A DNA stretch of 64,000 nt from Octopus sinensis (taxonomy: Eukaryota): assembly GCF_006345805.1 (NCBI RefSeq), contig NC_043014.1, positions 41,540,001 to 41,604,000 on the forward strand, written 5' to 3'. Within the stretch, counting starts at the first letter, position 1, and the number at the start of each line of letters is the position of its first letter. This document shows positions 1 to 12,744 of this stretch, piece after piece. The position numbers and the translations under genes are program-made. Under the pieces are notes generated by a model that was not told the DNA's origin, ran no database searches, and saw only the letters and a list, made by a program, of their open reading frames with translations.

Positions 1-4
1 ATTA

Positions 5-40
<36 letters not shown>

Positions 41-65
41 TATTATTATTATTATTATCATTATT

Positions 66-620
66 GAGTGAGCGAGCAGAGCATGCCATCAAAGTGACAC
101 TGGGGTAAAATATACGAAGCCCAATATACCCATCATGACTACCCGTCTGATAAAGGTACACCAGGCACATGCATCACAACCATATGTGCGCGACATGGTG
201 ATCTCATATCAAGATAAAAACACACATGACCTTGCAGGTGGGGCCCAGTTAGAATTTTCTTCAGGTTGAGTAGCCCATCCTGCTCAAACGGTCCCTGAAT
301 AAGGGTTGCTTTAGGATGTTGAACGAAACACCTATGTTTCCAGAGGTGAACCATTCAAACTCCAAAGAATCCCTCTCAACACATGGCCATGATGCTCCCC
401 CACTACTTCTGCTCGTGATCAGAGATGCACATATCGTCAGCCACTAAGGGACATGCTCAACTGGTTAAGGTCAAACAACTGACAAGCAAATCTGTGGTAT
501 TGAGCAGAATATTTGCTGTAGCCCATCTTTTATACCAAGACAAAACAATGTACATGATAACACTTCCAATCAGTTAAGATCAGAAGCCATGAGAGCCACT
601 GCCTGGTACTGCATCAGGGC

Positions 621-622
<2 letters not shown>
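66..622. mobile_element. ~557-bp non-coding interspersed repeat embedded in an (ATT/TAA)n microsatellite
   Basis: Complex-sequence island bounded on both sides by (ATT)n (1-65 and 623-783); no ORF or tRNA boxes; recalled as a common octopus repeat; orientation unresolved. Confidence 0.55.
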
Positions 623-700
<78 letters not shown>

Positions 701-731
701 GTATCATTATTATTATTACTATTATTATTAC

Positions 732-783
<52 letters not shown>
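623..783. repeat. (ATT)n microsatellite
   Basis: Direct reading; source of the poly-Ile ORF 589..831. Confidence 0.95.
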
Positions 784-786
<3 letters not shown>

Positions 787-853
787 AGATTGAGTTTAAC
801 TAAATATCTATTTTTGGGCTCAATGTGCTAATATAATATAATTTTAAAAAAAT

Positions 854-1092
854 GTTCCTTCTCGAGCCATGCCTGGCTCATGAGGGCCGGTTTCCCGGTT
901 TCAGTGGCGTAGAAATTCCCCACCTGGACGGGACGCCGGAAAGTCACAGCGTTACTCATTTTTACCAGCTGAGTGAACTCGAGCAACGTGAAATGAAGTG
1001 TTTTGCTCAAGAGCACAACGCATCACCCAGTCCAGGAATCGAAATCACAACCTTACGATCAACACCCTAACCACTAAGCCTTGCGCCTCCAC
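854..1092 (-). mobile_element. tRNA-derived SINE, head C (CORE-like) + tail 2
   Basis: Minus strand: A box TGGCTTAGTGG-like, B box GATTTCGATTCC, CORE-like TTGAGCAAAACACTT, tail ending GGCTCGAGAAGGAAC. Confidence 0.8.
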
Positions 1093-1404
1093 TACAATAT
1101 AATACGCTTAGCTTTTTATCCAAGAAGATCATGTTTTCTGGATTAATTAACCTCACCTCTAATCTGATATTCATTCTTCCATCCATCCATCCATCCATAT
1201 AACGGTTGAACGACTATCATGTGTACAAGAGATGTGGGTACGAGCCCCACGGGCAGCCTTCGACTTTTTCTACCCAAATGAGATTTTCAACCCCGTATTT
1301 ATGTGTTATTATTTATACCTTTATCACATCCAGATTCAATTACAAAAAAAAAAAAAAATTCTCCGAAGTTCTCTCGAGTATTTATAAATTTTCACGACGC
1401 CAAA

Positions 1405-1510
1405 ATACATACATACATACATACATACATATATGCATACATACATACATACATACATACATACATACATACATACATACATACATACACACATACATAC
1501 ATACATACAT
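1405..1510. repeat. (CATA)n microsatellite
   Basis: Direct reading. Confidence 0.95.
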
Positions 1511-2176
1511 TATTGCCTTGAATACTTCTTCCATGTTCTTTTGGGTGCAGAAACTAAACTACAGAAAATACATATATAATTATTAATATACAATTAATCA
1601 CGTGTTCATATAAAATTCAAATTAGAACCCGATTAATATATATATATATATGTATTTATATATTTATATATATAATCACATTAAATATAAAATTTTATTT
1701 AGGGCCCTATTATTTACGAATATGTATGTATTGGCGTCAGTATGTGTGCATGGGTTCTTGTCATTACCTGTGTACGCGTCTCTCAGTCTGAATGCGCATG
1801 CGTCTATGTTGCGTCTTTGTATATTTGTTTAATTCTCACCACTTTCAAAGTTATTCAATAGGATTGCTGTCTGCACGTGTATTTAATGACTTGGAGAAGG
1901 CAGACAACTACAGAATCCAAACTAATTAAAAATTGGACAGGAGCATGCAGTGCAAATGTAAATTTGATCATTGGTAAGTATAGTGAGAATTGTAGTTATT
2001 TCTCTACTAAAATTTCAAAGAGAATTCTCCCAAAGCTGTTGTGTAATTCTTGTTCTTTCACCGAAAATTGTTGTAATATTATCCTGCTTGCTCTTGCAAC
2101 TGGGTGATTTACATCAAGGGAGGTAATAACTCAATTGGAGAATGATATACGCGCGCGCACACACATACAAACACAC

Positions 2177-2209
<33 letters not shown>

Positions 2210-2211
<2 letters not shown>

Positions 2212-2730
2212 TTATGAGAGGTAATGGTGTCAATGCTGAATACGTGATATAGATAGACCGTAGCTAAGCTCCATGTTCGGTGATTATGCGAATAAGGGGT
2301 TCAGCGTTGGTCATATGTCAGCGTGTGTATATAAAAAATTTTTTGCAATGAGATAAAAACTAAGGGTGTGTAGATTTTAGAACATTTATAGATAGAAGTT
2401 CTTACAGCTTTTTATATATACCTTCATCGGAGACGGTGTGAGAGGATGGTTAAGAAATAGTTAATTAAGATAAAATATAAAATAGAGAGTGAGGTGGAGG
2501 AAATAAAAGAAAATAGATGTGAGATATGTAGGGATATTGCATTCGTAGATCCGTTTTTTTAAGGCAGAATGGTATACATATAAGATTCCAATACCTTATG
2601 AGTAAAATCCAGTAGAATTTAAAATTGGTCATTCCAAGAATATTAGAAACTGCTGTAAGACCTTTTATCTATAAATGTGCTACAATCTACACAGCGTTAG
2701 TTTTTTTTATCTCATTACGAAAAAAATATT
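2210..2730. mobile_element. Degenerate Penelope-like terminal-repeat fragment with a ~75-bp inverted repeat and split hammerhead remnants
   Basis: 2335-2408 is the reverse complement (~85%) of 2652-2725; CCGATGA core on minus at 2424-2430; GAAAC.GCTGTA|AGAC half on plus at 2646-2662; bounded by (TA)n. Confidence 0.5.
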
Positions 2731-2744
2731 ATATATATATATAT

Positions 2745-2806
<62 letters not shown>

Positions 2807-4910
2807 GAGAAGGAGATACAAAGAGAGAACTTGAAACGGTTAAATTGCAGATAGTCATGCTGAAAGGTAGGCATATTGAATAAATCTAATTGTATTTGCT
2901 TGAAAATCTTTGTTCGTAAACTGTTCAGAGCAGATACTTAAGCAAGAGAGAGAGTGAGAGACAGGGGAGAAAGAGAGTAAGAGAAGGAGAGAAAAAAGAG
3001 AAGAGGAAAGTCTACAATATGCTGCATTTGTCTGTTCAAATAGCAGGCACATATCGAAATCTTTTTACATATCGAAATTTTTTTTACGTGTTTCAGTCAT
3101 TAGACTTCGGTTATACTGGGTCGTGAAGATCATAAATTTATTCATTAAAATGTAAAGCGATAGATAGTTATATTGAAATGAAATAGACTTGGCAAACAGC
3201 TATGGAAAATTACACCTTTATTATGTGTCCCAGACCAAAAGCTGTGGTTGACTTTGTTTTTCACTTTTTTGAGGAAAACCATTTGAGCACTGCGGTCAAT
3301 GTAATTGACTAGCGACAATATTTCAGGTCTTGTGCCTTTTATAGAAAAAACTACAACTATCATTATAACATGCAGAATGGTATTTTGTAGTCAGGAATTA
3401 CTGTGAATTCAATGATTTCTTATGTCTATGATATTTTACACATCAAATATTAAACACTGATAGGTAAAAGCAGATATCGCATATATAAAACATGTTGAAC
3501 CATGTTGTAATGGAGATAAAATAGCACAGGGCTATGGCAGAAAATTGGTTAATAAACAAGCACGAAAAAATGTGTTGTCGTTTTATTTCAAGAAGGTTTA
3601 AAAGTGTAGGTTTTTTGCTAAGAGATATATTTAACCTTTTACCAGCAGAAAAACAGATTGTTTTTTTTACAAATAAATGTCTTTGAATATATATCAGCCA
3701 GTTAAGAATTGTAGATGAGAGTAAAATTTAACTTCCCACGTATACAATTTTCTATCAATTATTTAAGATTTCTGCTACAAAAGGCACCCTTATACGCACA
3801 CAAAAGAAAATTGTCTCGAAGTCTCATATCTCTCTTTGTATAATAAAATCAATACCTTCTATTAAGTGTTTATAAACTGGCAACAATAATGAAATTAAAA
3901 AAAAATCTTTCAAAGTTTTAATTTCAAATAAAAAATATCTGAAAGCTAGATCGAAGAGAATACAGACACACATACACACACACATACACACACACAGACA
4001 CACACACACATGCATACACACATTCACACATACATACATATATGTATATATTCAATCGAATAGTATTACACATATGATAAATTAAATAAAGACTTCCCAA
4101 CAATTTTCTTTCAATTTATTTCAATTTACTCCTGACTGTCTTCTGAATGCAAATATATCATAACTCTGTAATGTTCAATAATTCGAGTATACACTTCTAA
4201 TTTAAGAAAAACAAAATAAAAGCATAAAATGCGATATCTATTTTAGCATCATTATTTGAAGTCTAAATATCAATAAAAATAATGGTAGCAGGTAACAATA
4301 TTATTTAAATTATTTATAAACTATTGATACCAGAACCAAGAACAGTCTTTTGATTTAGACTACTTGATGGACAATTGTGGAATGCTTTTTCTAAAATAGA
4401 ATGTTTAAAAGAAAGAAATATATTTTCTCTGTTTTCGAATTAAGTCAATTTAATATTTTCTTTTCAAATTCAGATTTTTCTTCAAAAATTACAGTTGAAA
4501 TCAAAAGTATATAGGAAACAACGACGAACAGATTTTCCTCTTGTGTAGGCGAAATTTATCCCTGTTTGGGAGCCTCTCAACTGGATATTTGAAAATGGAA
4601 AAAAAATATTCTACCTGCTACAGCTTAGATTCCTATCATAGCTAGAATTGCCTTCACCATAAGGATTAGTTTGTAACCCAACGAAAAAGCTTTTATTCTA
4701 GCATTCAACAAACTATTACTTGTAGGACGCATTTTATGATAGAAGATAGATAATTATTCGAAATGGAGCACACTTAATAATGTTTGATATTTTTCCTCGT
4801 GAAAATTATTCCTCGGTTTAGTTCAGATAAGCGAATACTTTGTCGCAATCTTTATCACATAGCTAGCTATCAACATCGTCACTGATATTTGCCATAATTT
4901 TTATCAAATA

Positions 4911-5304
4911 CTAGCAGTATCGCCCGGCATTGCTCAGGTTTGTTTCGACCCTTTAGAATTGGAATTTTTGAAAAGTAAAACTTTTGCATTATGTAGCTTG
5001 TTATTCTCTTTAAGTGTACATTTTTCTGGTTGAAATACACCGAAAAATGGCGACACAGCAGTCAAAAAATTCGAAAAAATTAGGGGATTTTCATAGAAAA
5101 AAAAGCACCTTTTTGATGTAAATAGTTTTGGTATTAACATGGTCCGATTTGAATTTTTTCTTCTACGGAAGGAAGAGCAAGCCTTCTTCTATCATACTCT
5201 CAATTTTGGTCAACTTGCGCTGCAAGGTTCCGGAGGAGATAGTGTTAGTTGAAGGCTACCAAACCTGCCATACACAGACAACTTCAGCTTTATATATAGA
5301 GAGA
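4911..5304 (-). mobile_element. Non-autonomous Helitron (family H1)
   Basis: Minus strand starts TC, ends CTAG, sits between A and T, no TSD; GC-rich subterminal hairpin region (plus CGCCCGGCATTGCTCAGG) next to the CTAG; homologous copy at 43420-43793. Confidence 0.75.
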
Positions 5305-5596
5305 TTTAAAAGTAAAAAGTTAGCCTGTCTCAGTTTGTGTCACGATACAGAAGTTGAGAATCGCTACTCTACGCATTAACTATCATGCAAAAGACTACAA
5401 AAAAAAAAAAACAAAAAGAACTGAATTAATTCACATTCCACAGTTTGAAAAAAAGTTATGTATTAGATACCGTAGACATAGAGACATTAATTCCAAATAA
5501 AAGTTTGAAACATCATGACTGACACATATTTGATAATGTATCTGCCGTATAAAAGATAAAGCGAGGCCGGGCGACAAAGACCATATTACTGCCACG

Positions 5597-5643
<47 letters not shown>

Positions 5644-5736
5644 CTGTGTGTGTGTGCGCTCGTGATTCTATATTTGTATGTGTGTGTGTATATATATATA
5701 TATATGCATACATACATATATATATGTGTGTGTGTG

Positions 5737-5771
<35 letters not shown>

Positions 5772-6493
5772 TATTTCTATTTCATCTAGTTTCAGCTCAC
5801 GAGCTGTAGCAATGCTGGGGCACCGCCGTATAGTATTCTCTGTGGCATTTGTGTGGAACGTATGCCCACCCATCGGTACACACTCGGACCTACACACACA
5901 CAATTACACCCACGCTCAATTGATGTCCCACGGACGCACACCTAAATATATATGTCTATTTATAATCATATGTACTTGTATGTGTGTATCTCTATGTATA
6001 CGTCTGTGTGTTTCTATTTGAGTGTGTGTTTGTGTATGCACGTGTGTGTGTGTGTTCACGCATGCTCACGTGTAAATCGTTAGTGTTTTCAAACGAATAA
6101 GGAAAGAGTACTCAATACATTTAGAGTACTTTGCTCCCGAACACGCACAACAGACACATACAAACGCAAACACTCAAGCACTTACACATACACACATAGA
6201 CAAACACACACACACACACAAGTCCCAACACATATACATACATGCGAACACACATAGATTTATTAGAAATCGTTGAAATATGAGAATGTATAGGCCTAGA
6301 TAAAAAAGAAGTCAGACACATTACAATACTCCCCAAAACACAGAAAAGCCTAAACCCGGAAACGAACCTGCTCTCTAGCGATTCGCAACTATTAAAGAGA
6401 ATCAGATCGTGATTTAGACCGGAATTCTATGTCGTTTAGGTCAATTTTGTTGGGTCATTCAGTGCAGCATTCCTGTCATTTTCTTCCTTATTT

Positions 6494-6517
6494 CCTCCAG
6501 ATGGCGCCACCTGGTGT
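6494..6517. promoter_or_regulatory. Two overlapping opposed CTCF-like motifs
   Basis: Plus CCTCCAGATGGCGCC (6494-6508) and minus ACACCAGGTGGCGCC (6503-6517) both fit the CCASYAGRKGGCRS consensus closely and share GGCGCC. Confidence 0.4.
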
Positions 6518-7111
6518 CATGGCTGTCTGCATTTTCTCGTAATGTCTTGTATTGGAAATAGAAAGAACTTTTTTGTTTATGATTTAGCCGATGGCGGAGT
6601 GGGAGGAGAATGAATGAGAAGGATGGAGGAAAGAAGGAAGGAAGGAAGGTAGATGAGGAGTAGGAGTGAATAGAGGAAGTGAGGAATAAACGGTGAGAGA
6701 AAGGAAGAGAAAATGCTGTGAGGGAAAGGAGTAAGGTGAGGTGAAATACGGAAAAAAGAGAAAGCAGCGTAACTGAATGACAGACTGTTTAAATAAGTAG
6801 GAAAGCATAAAGTCAAAACTAAGGCGATGCATAAAGTTAACGTGCTATACTTTCCAACATAAATATATATAAAGTATACATACTAGCGTACACACATATA
6901 TAATATATACACAAGCATGCATACATATACACAAGCAGATTCAATATGTATATATAGGCATTTGCATATTTATATGTATCATTGTGTGCATATGTGCATG
7001 GATCTGTGCACGAATAGAGAGCAGTTCAAGTATCTCTCTAACATATATGTGTGTGCACGCGCATGCATTTGCATGCATTTGAACGTATGTATGTACATAT
7101 GTGTTTGTGTG

Positions 7112-7224
<113 letters not shown>

Positions 7225-7325
7225 ATATAATATATATATATATGCGTGTATATTTAGGGATAACCACTAGGTGGATAACCAATATGCTAGAAGATCACAT
7301 ACGATATATATATAATATATATATA

Positions 7326-7687
7326 ATATAAAATCCGTTCTGTCTGTCTGTGTGTGCGTTCTAGGATCTCGGGCATCCTCCATTCGATTGCGCTCAAACT
7401 TGATATGTAGATACCAACGGTTTTAGGGCGTGTATAAGTCTTGAAAAAAATTACAAAAATCGATTCCAGGTGAGAATGCGATCGATAAAGCTGTGGGAAA
7501 GTGCATTTGTAAAATCATCTTTCTTGGAATAGAAGAAAGTCTATCTTTTTTTCTTCTTTTGGTGGTGTCTCAAATTTAGGTTAAATCAGTGTTTCTCAAG
7601 TTTCTCAAGTTGTTTTGAGAAAATTTGATTTAAATGTTTGACAACTCAGCAGCGTCCATTGGACGGGGGGGGGGGCGTTTTGCTCGT
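7326..7687 (+). mobile_element. Non-autonomous Helitron/Helentron-like element (family H3) in (TA)n
   Basis: (GTCT)n near the 5' end, subterminal palindrome CGTCCATTGGACG, no TIR/TSD; second copy on the opposite strand at 19210-19588. Confidence 0.55.
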
Positions 7688-8152
7688 ATATATATATATA
7701 TATATATAAATATATATGCTCATACATACGCATAATTGTACATGCGCGCATACACACGCAAACAAATATTGTATGAATAATTCATACACACACACATACA
7801 CACACACACAGACACACACACACATACATATTAATCTCAAAGCATGTTTATATACATCAAATGTAAGAATGTATGTATGTTTGTATATTTACATGCAAGT
7901 GCGTATGTCTATGCGTGCGTGTGTGTATAAGCATGCGCGCATGCGTATACCCATACATAGATACATCTATATGAAAAAGGAGAAGAAAATTACGGATTTT
8001 TACCCAAGAAGTTGAATAACCTCAAAGCAAAAGAGACAAATGCCGACACAGCTACATGTCACATTTTAGCAAATTATTTAAACTTATTCATAACATATAT
8101 TATAATTTGCCTTTCGCCACTTCTCCATATCTTCTGAATTTCTGTGTACATA

Positions 8153-8640
<488 letters not shown>

Positions 8641-8729
8641 CTCGTAAAAAACGTCTTCCTCCCACCCCCGCCAAGATTAAGCTAAAGCTGGTTTCATGTA
8701 TCTTTACTACTACAACTATCACTACTACA

Positions 8730-8783
<54 letters not shown>

Positions 8784-9060
8784 GGGAGACCCCCTTCGGT
8801 CATGAATGACCATGGGATTACACCTAGAATGTTACCCTCCCAGACAAAAGTCCGGGCAAGGTTGTTTATGGAAGTCGCCCATTCATACCAGCCTTCCCTC
8901 TCCACACCACTGATGTTATCTAAGGTAAAAGCAAAGGCCAATACAGCTTGGCACCTGTGTCTTGCTCAAGAACACAACACCCAGCCCCGGTCCAGGAATC
9001 AAAGTCACAACCTCACGATCGTAAGCTCGACGCTCAAACCAGTGAGTCATGCATCTTCAC
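8784..9060 (-). mobile_element. SINE head C variant + tail 5, inside an (ACT)n microsatellite
   Basis: tRNA-like head at ~8990-9060; tail ending CATGACCGAAGGGGGTCTCCC; (ACT)n on both sides (8705-8783, 9063-9180); tail 5 recurs at 51388-51540. Confidence 0.75.
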
Positions 9061-9115
9061 GCGACTACTACTTCTACTACTACTACTACAACTACTACTA
9101 CTACTGCTGCTGCTG

Positions 9116-9181
<66 letters not shown>

Positions 9182-10258
9182 ATGCAGCATAGATAAAACA
9201 TATTTTGACGGAGTAATCTCAAATCGATCTCAGATTTCAGGGAATTCGAGTAAAGCGCGTATACGTGTGTGTGTGTGTGTGTGTATGCGTACTTGTGTGT
9301 GCATGAGTGAGTGTGAGTGAGTGTGTATGTCTGTAAATGTAATGTGATTTGAAATCAGAGTACTAGAATAACTACCACGTGGTATTATATCCCATACTCG
9401 AACACATATCTTTATTCGCCGCCTTTAAAACGAAATAGGATGTGCACAGCACAACATTCTAATTTGATCCCCCTCTATAAATATCTCAACAAAAACATAG
9501 TAAGTGGCAATTTGTAAGTTGTAAGCAGCAATTTGTAAGTAGTAAGTGGCACTATTACTTTAAATAACAGCAACAACATTTTATTGAAGTTATTTTATTT
9601 TCAACTTGAATGCATTCATTCATCAATGACATTTTTATCCGTTTGTAAGTATATATTAGATTTTAATACGTATGATGTAAATCTATTTCACGTCCATTCA
9701 AGAACGATGTTAAAATGATTATAATTGCCTACTTATCTATGTTTATCACCTATGTAGAAAGATTTAAATGCATCTAAAACACAACAGTAACAGTTGTATG
9801 AAAATACAGATAAAAGCTAAGTAAAATAACATATCGCAATAAATATACTTGATTAGAAATATATATAAGCAAAGCAGATATTCTTCTGTTCTTAAGTAAT
9901 TTGAGTGGTTCGTTATGAGAAACTACAATTCTGATGTATGATAAATAACCAAAAGATTGCAACACCTTATTAATCTCTTATCATGTAAGATATACTACAA
10001 CAGAGAAGCATCGGGCCATATGATGAAGAGTTCGTTGTGCAGCTATAGGTATTTAGGTTCGATTTTACTACGTGGAATCTTTTGTTGTGCAGTTATAGGT
10101 ATTTAGGTTCGATTTTACCACGTGGAATCTTTAATAGGTTTCTTCAAGTTTGAAAGTATAATGAAAATATAAATGTGAAAAAAGTGCTCAGTTCGACGAA
10201 AAAAAAAAGAAGACAATGTTAAAAAATAAAGTATACGAGAACTTAACAGCATAGCAGT

Positions 10259-10566
10259 TGTTGTTTGTTCCTTCTCGAGCCCTGCTTGCCTCATAGGGCC
10301 GGTTTCCCGGTTTCTTTGGCCTATAGGTTCCCCACCTGGACGGGACGCCGGTCCGTCGTAGGTGAGCTGTAAGATGCAGGAGTAAAAGAGCGAGAGAAAG
10401 TTGTGGCGAAAGAGTAAGCAGAAATTCGCCATTACCTTCTGCCGGAGCAGCGTGGAGCTTGGGTATTTCGTTCATAAACACACACATTGCCCGGTCTGAG
10501 ATTCGAAACCGCGATCCCTCGACCGCGAGTCCGCTGCTCTAACCACTAGGCTATGTACCTCCACAG
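10259..10566 (-). mobile_element. SINE head A + tail 2 with 12-bp TSD
   Basis: TSD CAGCATAGCAGT at 10247-10258 and 10567-10578; A/B boxes. Confidence 0.9.
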
Positions 10567-10977
10567 CAGCATAGCAGTACCAAAAAGAAAATCCCTTCAT
10601 CAGCTATTAACTAGAAGCCAGCGCTGTTTTGGCACCAACCGACTGTAGATTGCAAACTACTAGGAAACAATGCAATCTTTAGATACGTAAAATCTAGTGC
10701 ATCAACGAATGATCTCGAAGTGGATCGAACAGTAGCGAAAGAAGCAGAGGGTGTTAACCTACCGATAAGTATCTAAAAGGTATTGGTCTCTGGTTGATAG
10801 GAAATGCAAAGAATTTCGCCGTATTTCCTTATTCTAATCATTCCAGCACACCCGTATATACTATTCCCTCTGGCTATATTCTTGTCCTGCGGCGAATGCT
10901 TGATTATACATATATACGTGCATATATGCACATCCCCCGATATATATATATATGTATGTATTATGTACATATATTTA

Positions 10978-11029
<52 letters not shown>

Positions 11030-11208
11030 GACTGCGTGTGTATCCCTTCCTTGGATCTTTTCTTTTTCTATGTTTCTGACGAAGAGCTCCGCTCGAAACG
11101 TTAAATCCTCCTTCTTTCTTTCCTTTCTGAGCGTCCAATAACACTATACTTGTTCCACGTCTTCGCGTTGATGTGTTTTCTCTTTGTGTTTTCATGTTTG
11201 GATTAATT
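11030..11208 (+). mobile_element. Short hammerhead-bearing Penelope-like terminal element in (TA)n
   Basis: ~180-bp island between (TA)n tracts containing CTGACGA-A-GAGC(TCC)GCTC-GAAACGTT. Confidence 0.6.
11072..11106 (+). ncRNA. Minimal type-I hammerhead ribozyme motif (extra A after A9)
   Basis: Core CUGACGA 11076-82, extra A, stem II GAGC/GCUC, GAAA 11095-98, palindromic stem III ACGU, predicted cleavage after GUU (11102), stem I only GUUU/AAAU. Confidence 0.6.
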
Positions 11209-12133
11209 ATATATATATATATATATATATATCAAGACATGTTTATACACATATATACACAAACATAGGAAAGTAAAACCTTTTATTTGCTACATCATAA
11301 TATTTACCCAGCGTATTGAGTACTTTAATTTTTGCTCGTGAGAATCTCATCTTTCAGGCGTATATGTGTATGTGTGTGTGTATGTCTGTGTATATGTGCG
11401 TGCGTATGTGTATATATGACTGTGAAATTTTATTAGTATTTATTCATTTAAAATGTATGAACTCAAGCATACGATAAACTAAGTAGAAAAGAATGATTAG
11501 CTTAGTAAGTACTGGGGATAATTTAATTCCCCATTCCTTCGAAGGAATTGTCTCAGTCTAGTCGGAAACGAATGCTAAAACTAGCAATAGAATAAAAGGA
11601 AACTGCAATCTTCACGAATATTGATAGAAAGCGGTCGATCTCAGACACAAGCCAGATATGATCGGATAAACATGAAAACAATACTGGCAATTTATTTGTT
11701 TATCATATCGTTTGATCGACAGATATCACGGACAGATATAACTTTGAAATACAATATTTGGCGATGCATTATAAAAGCATAATTAATGCGTATAATAGTT
11801 TTATGGCGATGCGATTAATAGTTATTTCTTTTGAACTTTTGAGTGTCCCAGATTTTTCCAACAAAAAGATAGAAATCAGTAAATAACGAGAACATTTATT
11901 ACTAATATGGAGGAAAATGAATTTACGTTGCTTTGGTTCTTATACATGTTAATACTGTCATGTAGTTACTATATGCATTCATACGTACGTACGCACATAT
12001 ATACATACATACACACATATACACACACATACATACATACATACATACATACATACATACATACATACATACATACATACATACATACATACACATACAT
12101 ATATACATATATACATTATATATATATATATAT

Positions 12134-12578
12134 ATAATAAATCTCTGAGCGAGGTATAAACAGTAGCTGCACAACATCGTGAAGTATAATTGCTACTTAA
12201 ATGTGGCTAACCCTTAAGGGTGGATGCTACTGTAGCTTGTAGCTCCAGGAGGACACCTCCTCCAGCTGGCTTTTGACACACTTTCTGTGCCCTATCGGTA
12301 TTTGCAAAGGGAAGCCATCCTTCCCGTCTTCAACCTATGATACACACGGACTCGAGTTTCTGGGTATTGATCCGTCATCAGCGAGCGACAATCACCGGTT
12401 ATCGATAAAAAGTAGGCCCCTTTGCAAATACATATATCCTTTTTCCAGTGACGAAAATCACTGATATCGAAAAAGTGTAAACTAGCAATAATAAATCTCT
12501 GAGCGAGGTATAGACAGTAGCTGCACGACATCGTAAAGTATATTTACCACTTAAATGGGCTAATGCCTAAGGGTGGAT
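12134..12578 (-). mobile_element. 354-bp unit with a ~90-bp direct terminal repeat carrying a hammerhead (retrozyme/PLE-like)
   Basis: 12136-12225 repeated at 12490-12578; hammerhead on minus at 12343-12387; (TA)n on or near both flanks. Confidence 0.6.
12343..12387 (-). ncRNA. Type-I hammerhead ribozyme motif
   Basis: Minus: CGCUCG-CUGAUGA-CGGAUCAAUACCCA-GAAA-CUCGAG-UC|CGUGUG; palindrome ACUCGAGU; GUC cleavage between plus 12349/12348; stem II weak (2 GC pairs). Confidence 0.6.
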
Positions 12579-12744
12579 ACAAATATTCATATATATATAT
12601 ATATATACATACTTATATGAGTAGACCAGTGTGCATTTGTACAGGAATATGTAAATGCATTCATTGTTTACAGGTATGTGGGTGCACCTGCATACAGATG
12701 TATGAATACAAATATAAATATGTCTGTATAGCAACAAATATAAA

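Noticed and set aside
6481-6545. Pyrimidine tract + CAG|ATGGCG...|GTAATG resembling a micro-exon
   Set aside because: Only ~38 nt, weak donor, no partner exons; cannot be supported without RNA data.
10033-10132. 50-bp tandem duplication
   Set aside because: Simple two-copy local duplication with no further structure.
12446-12485. Hairpin CAGTGA-N6-TCACTG followed by CTAG (Helitron-like end)
   Set aside because: AT-rich stem, 18-nt spacing, next base is C not T, and no 5' TC partner; it lies inside the 354-bp unit.
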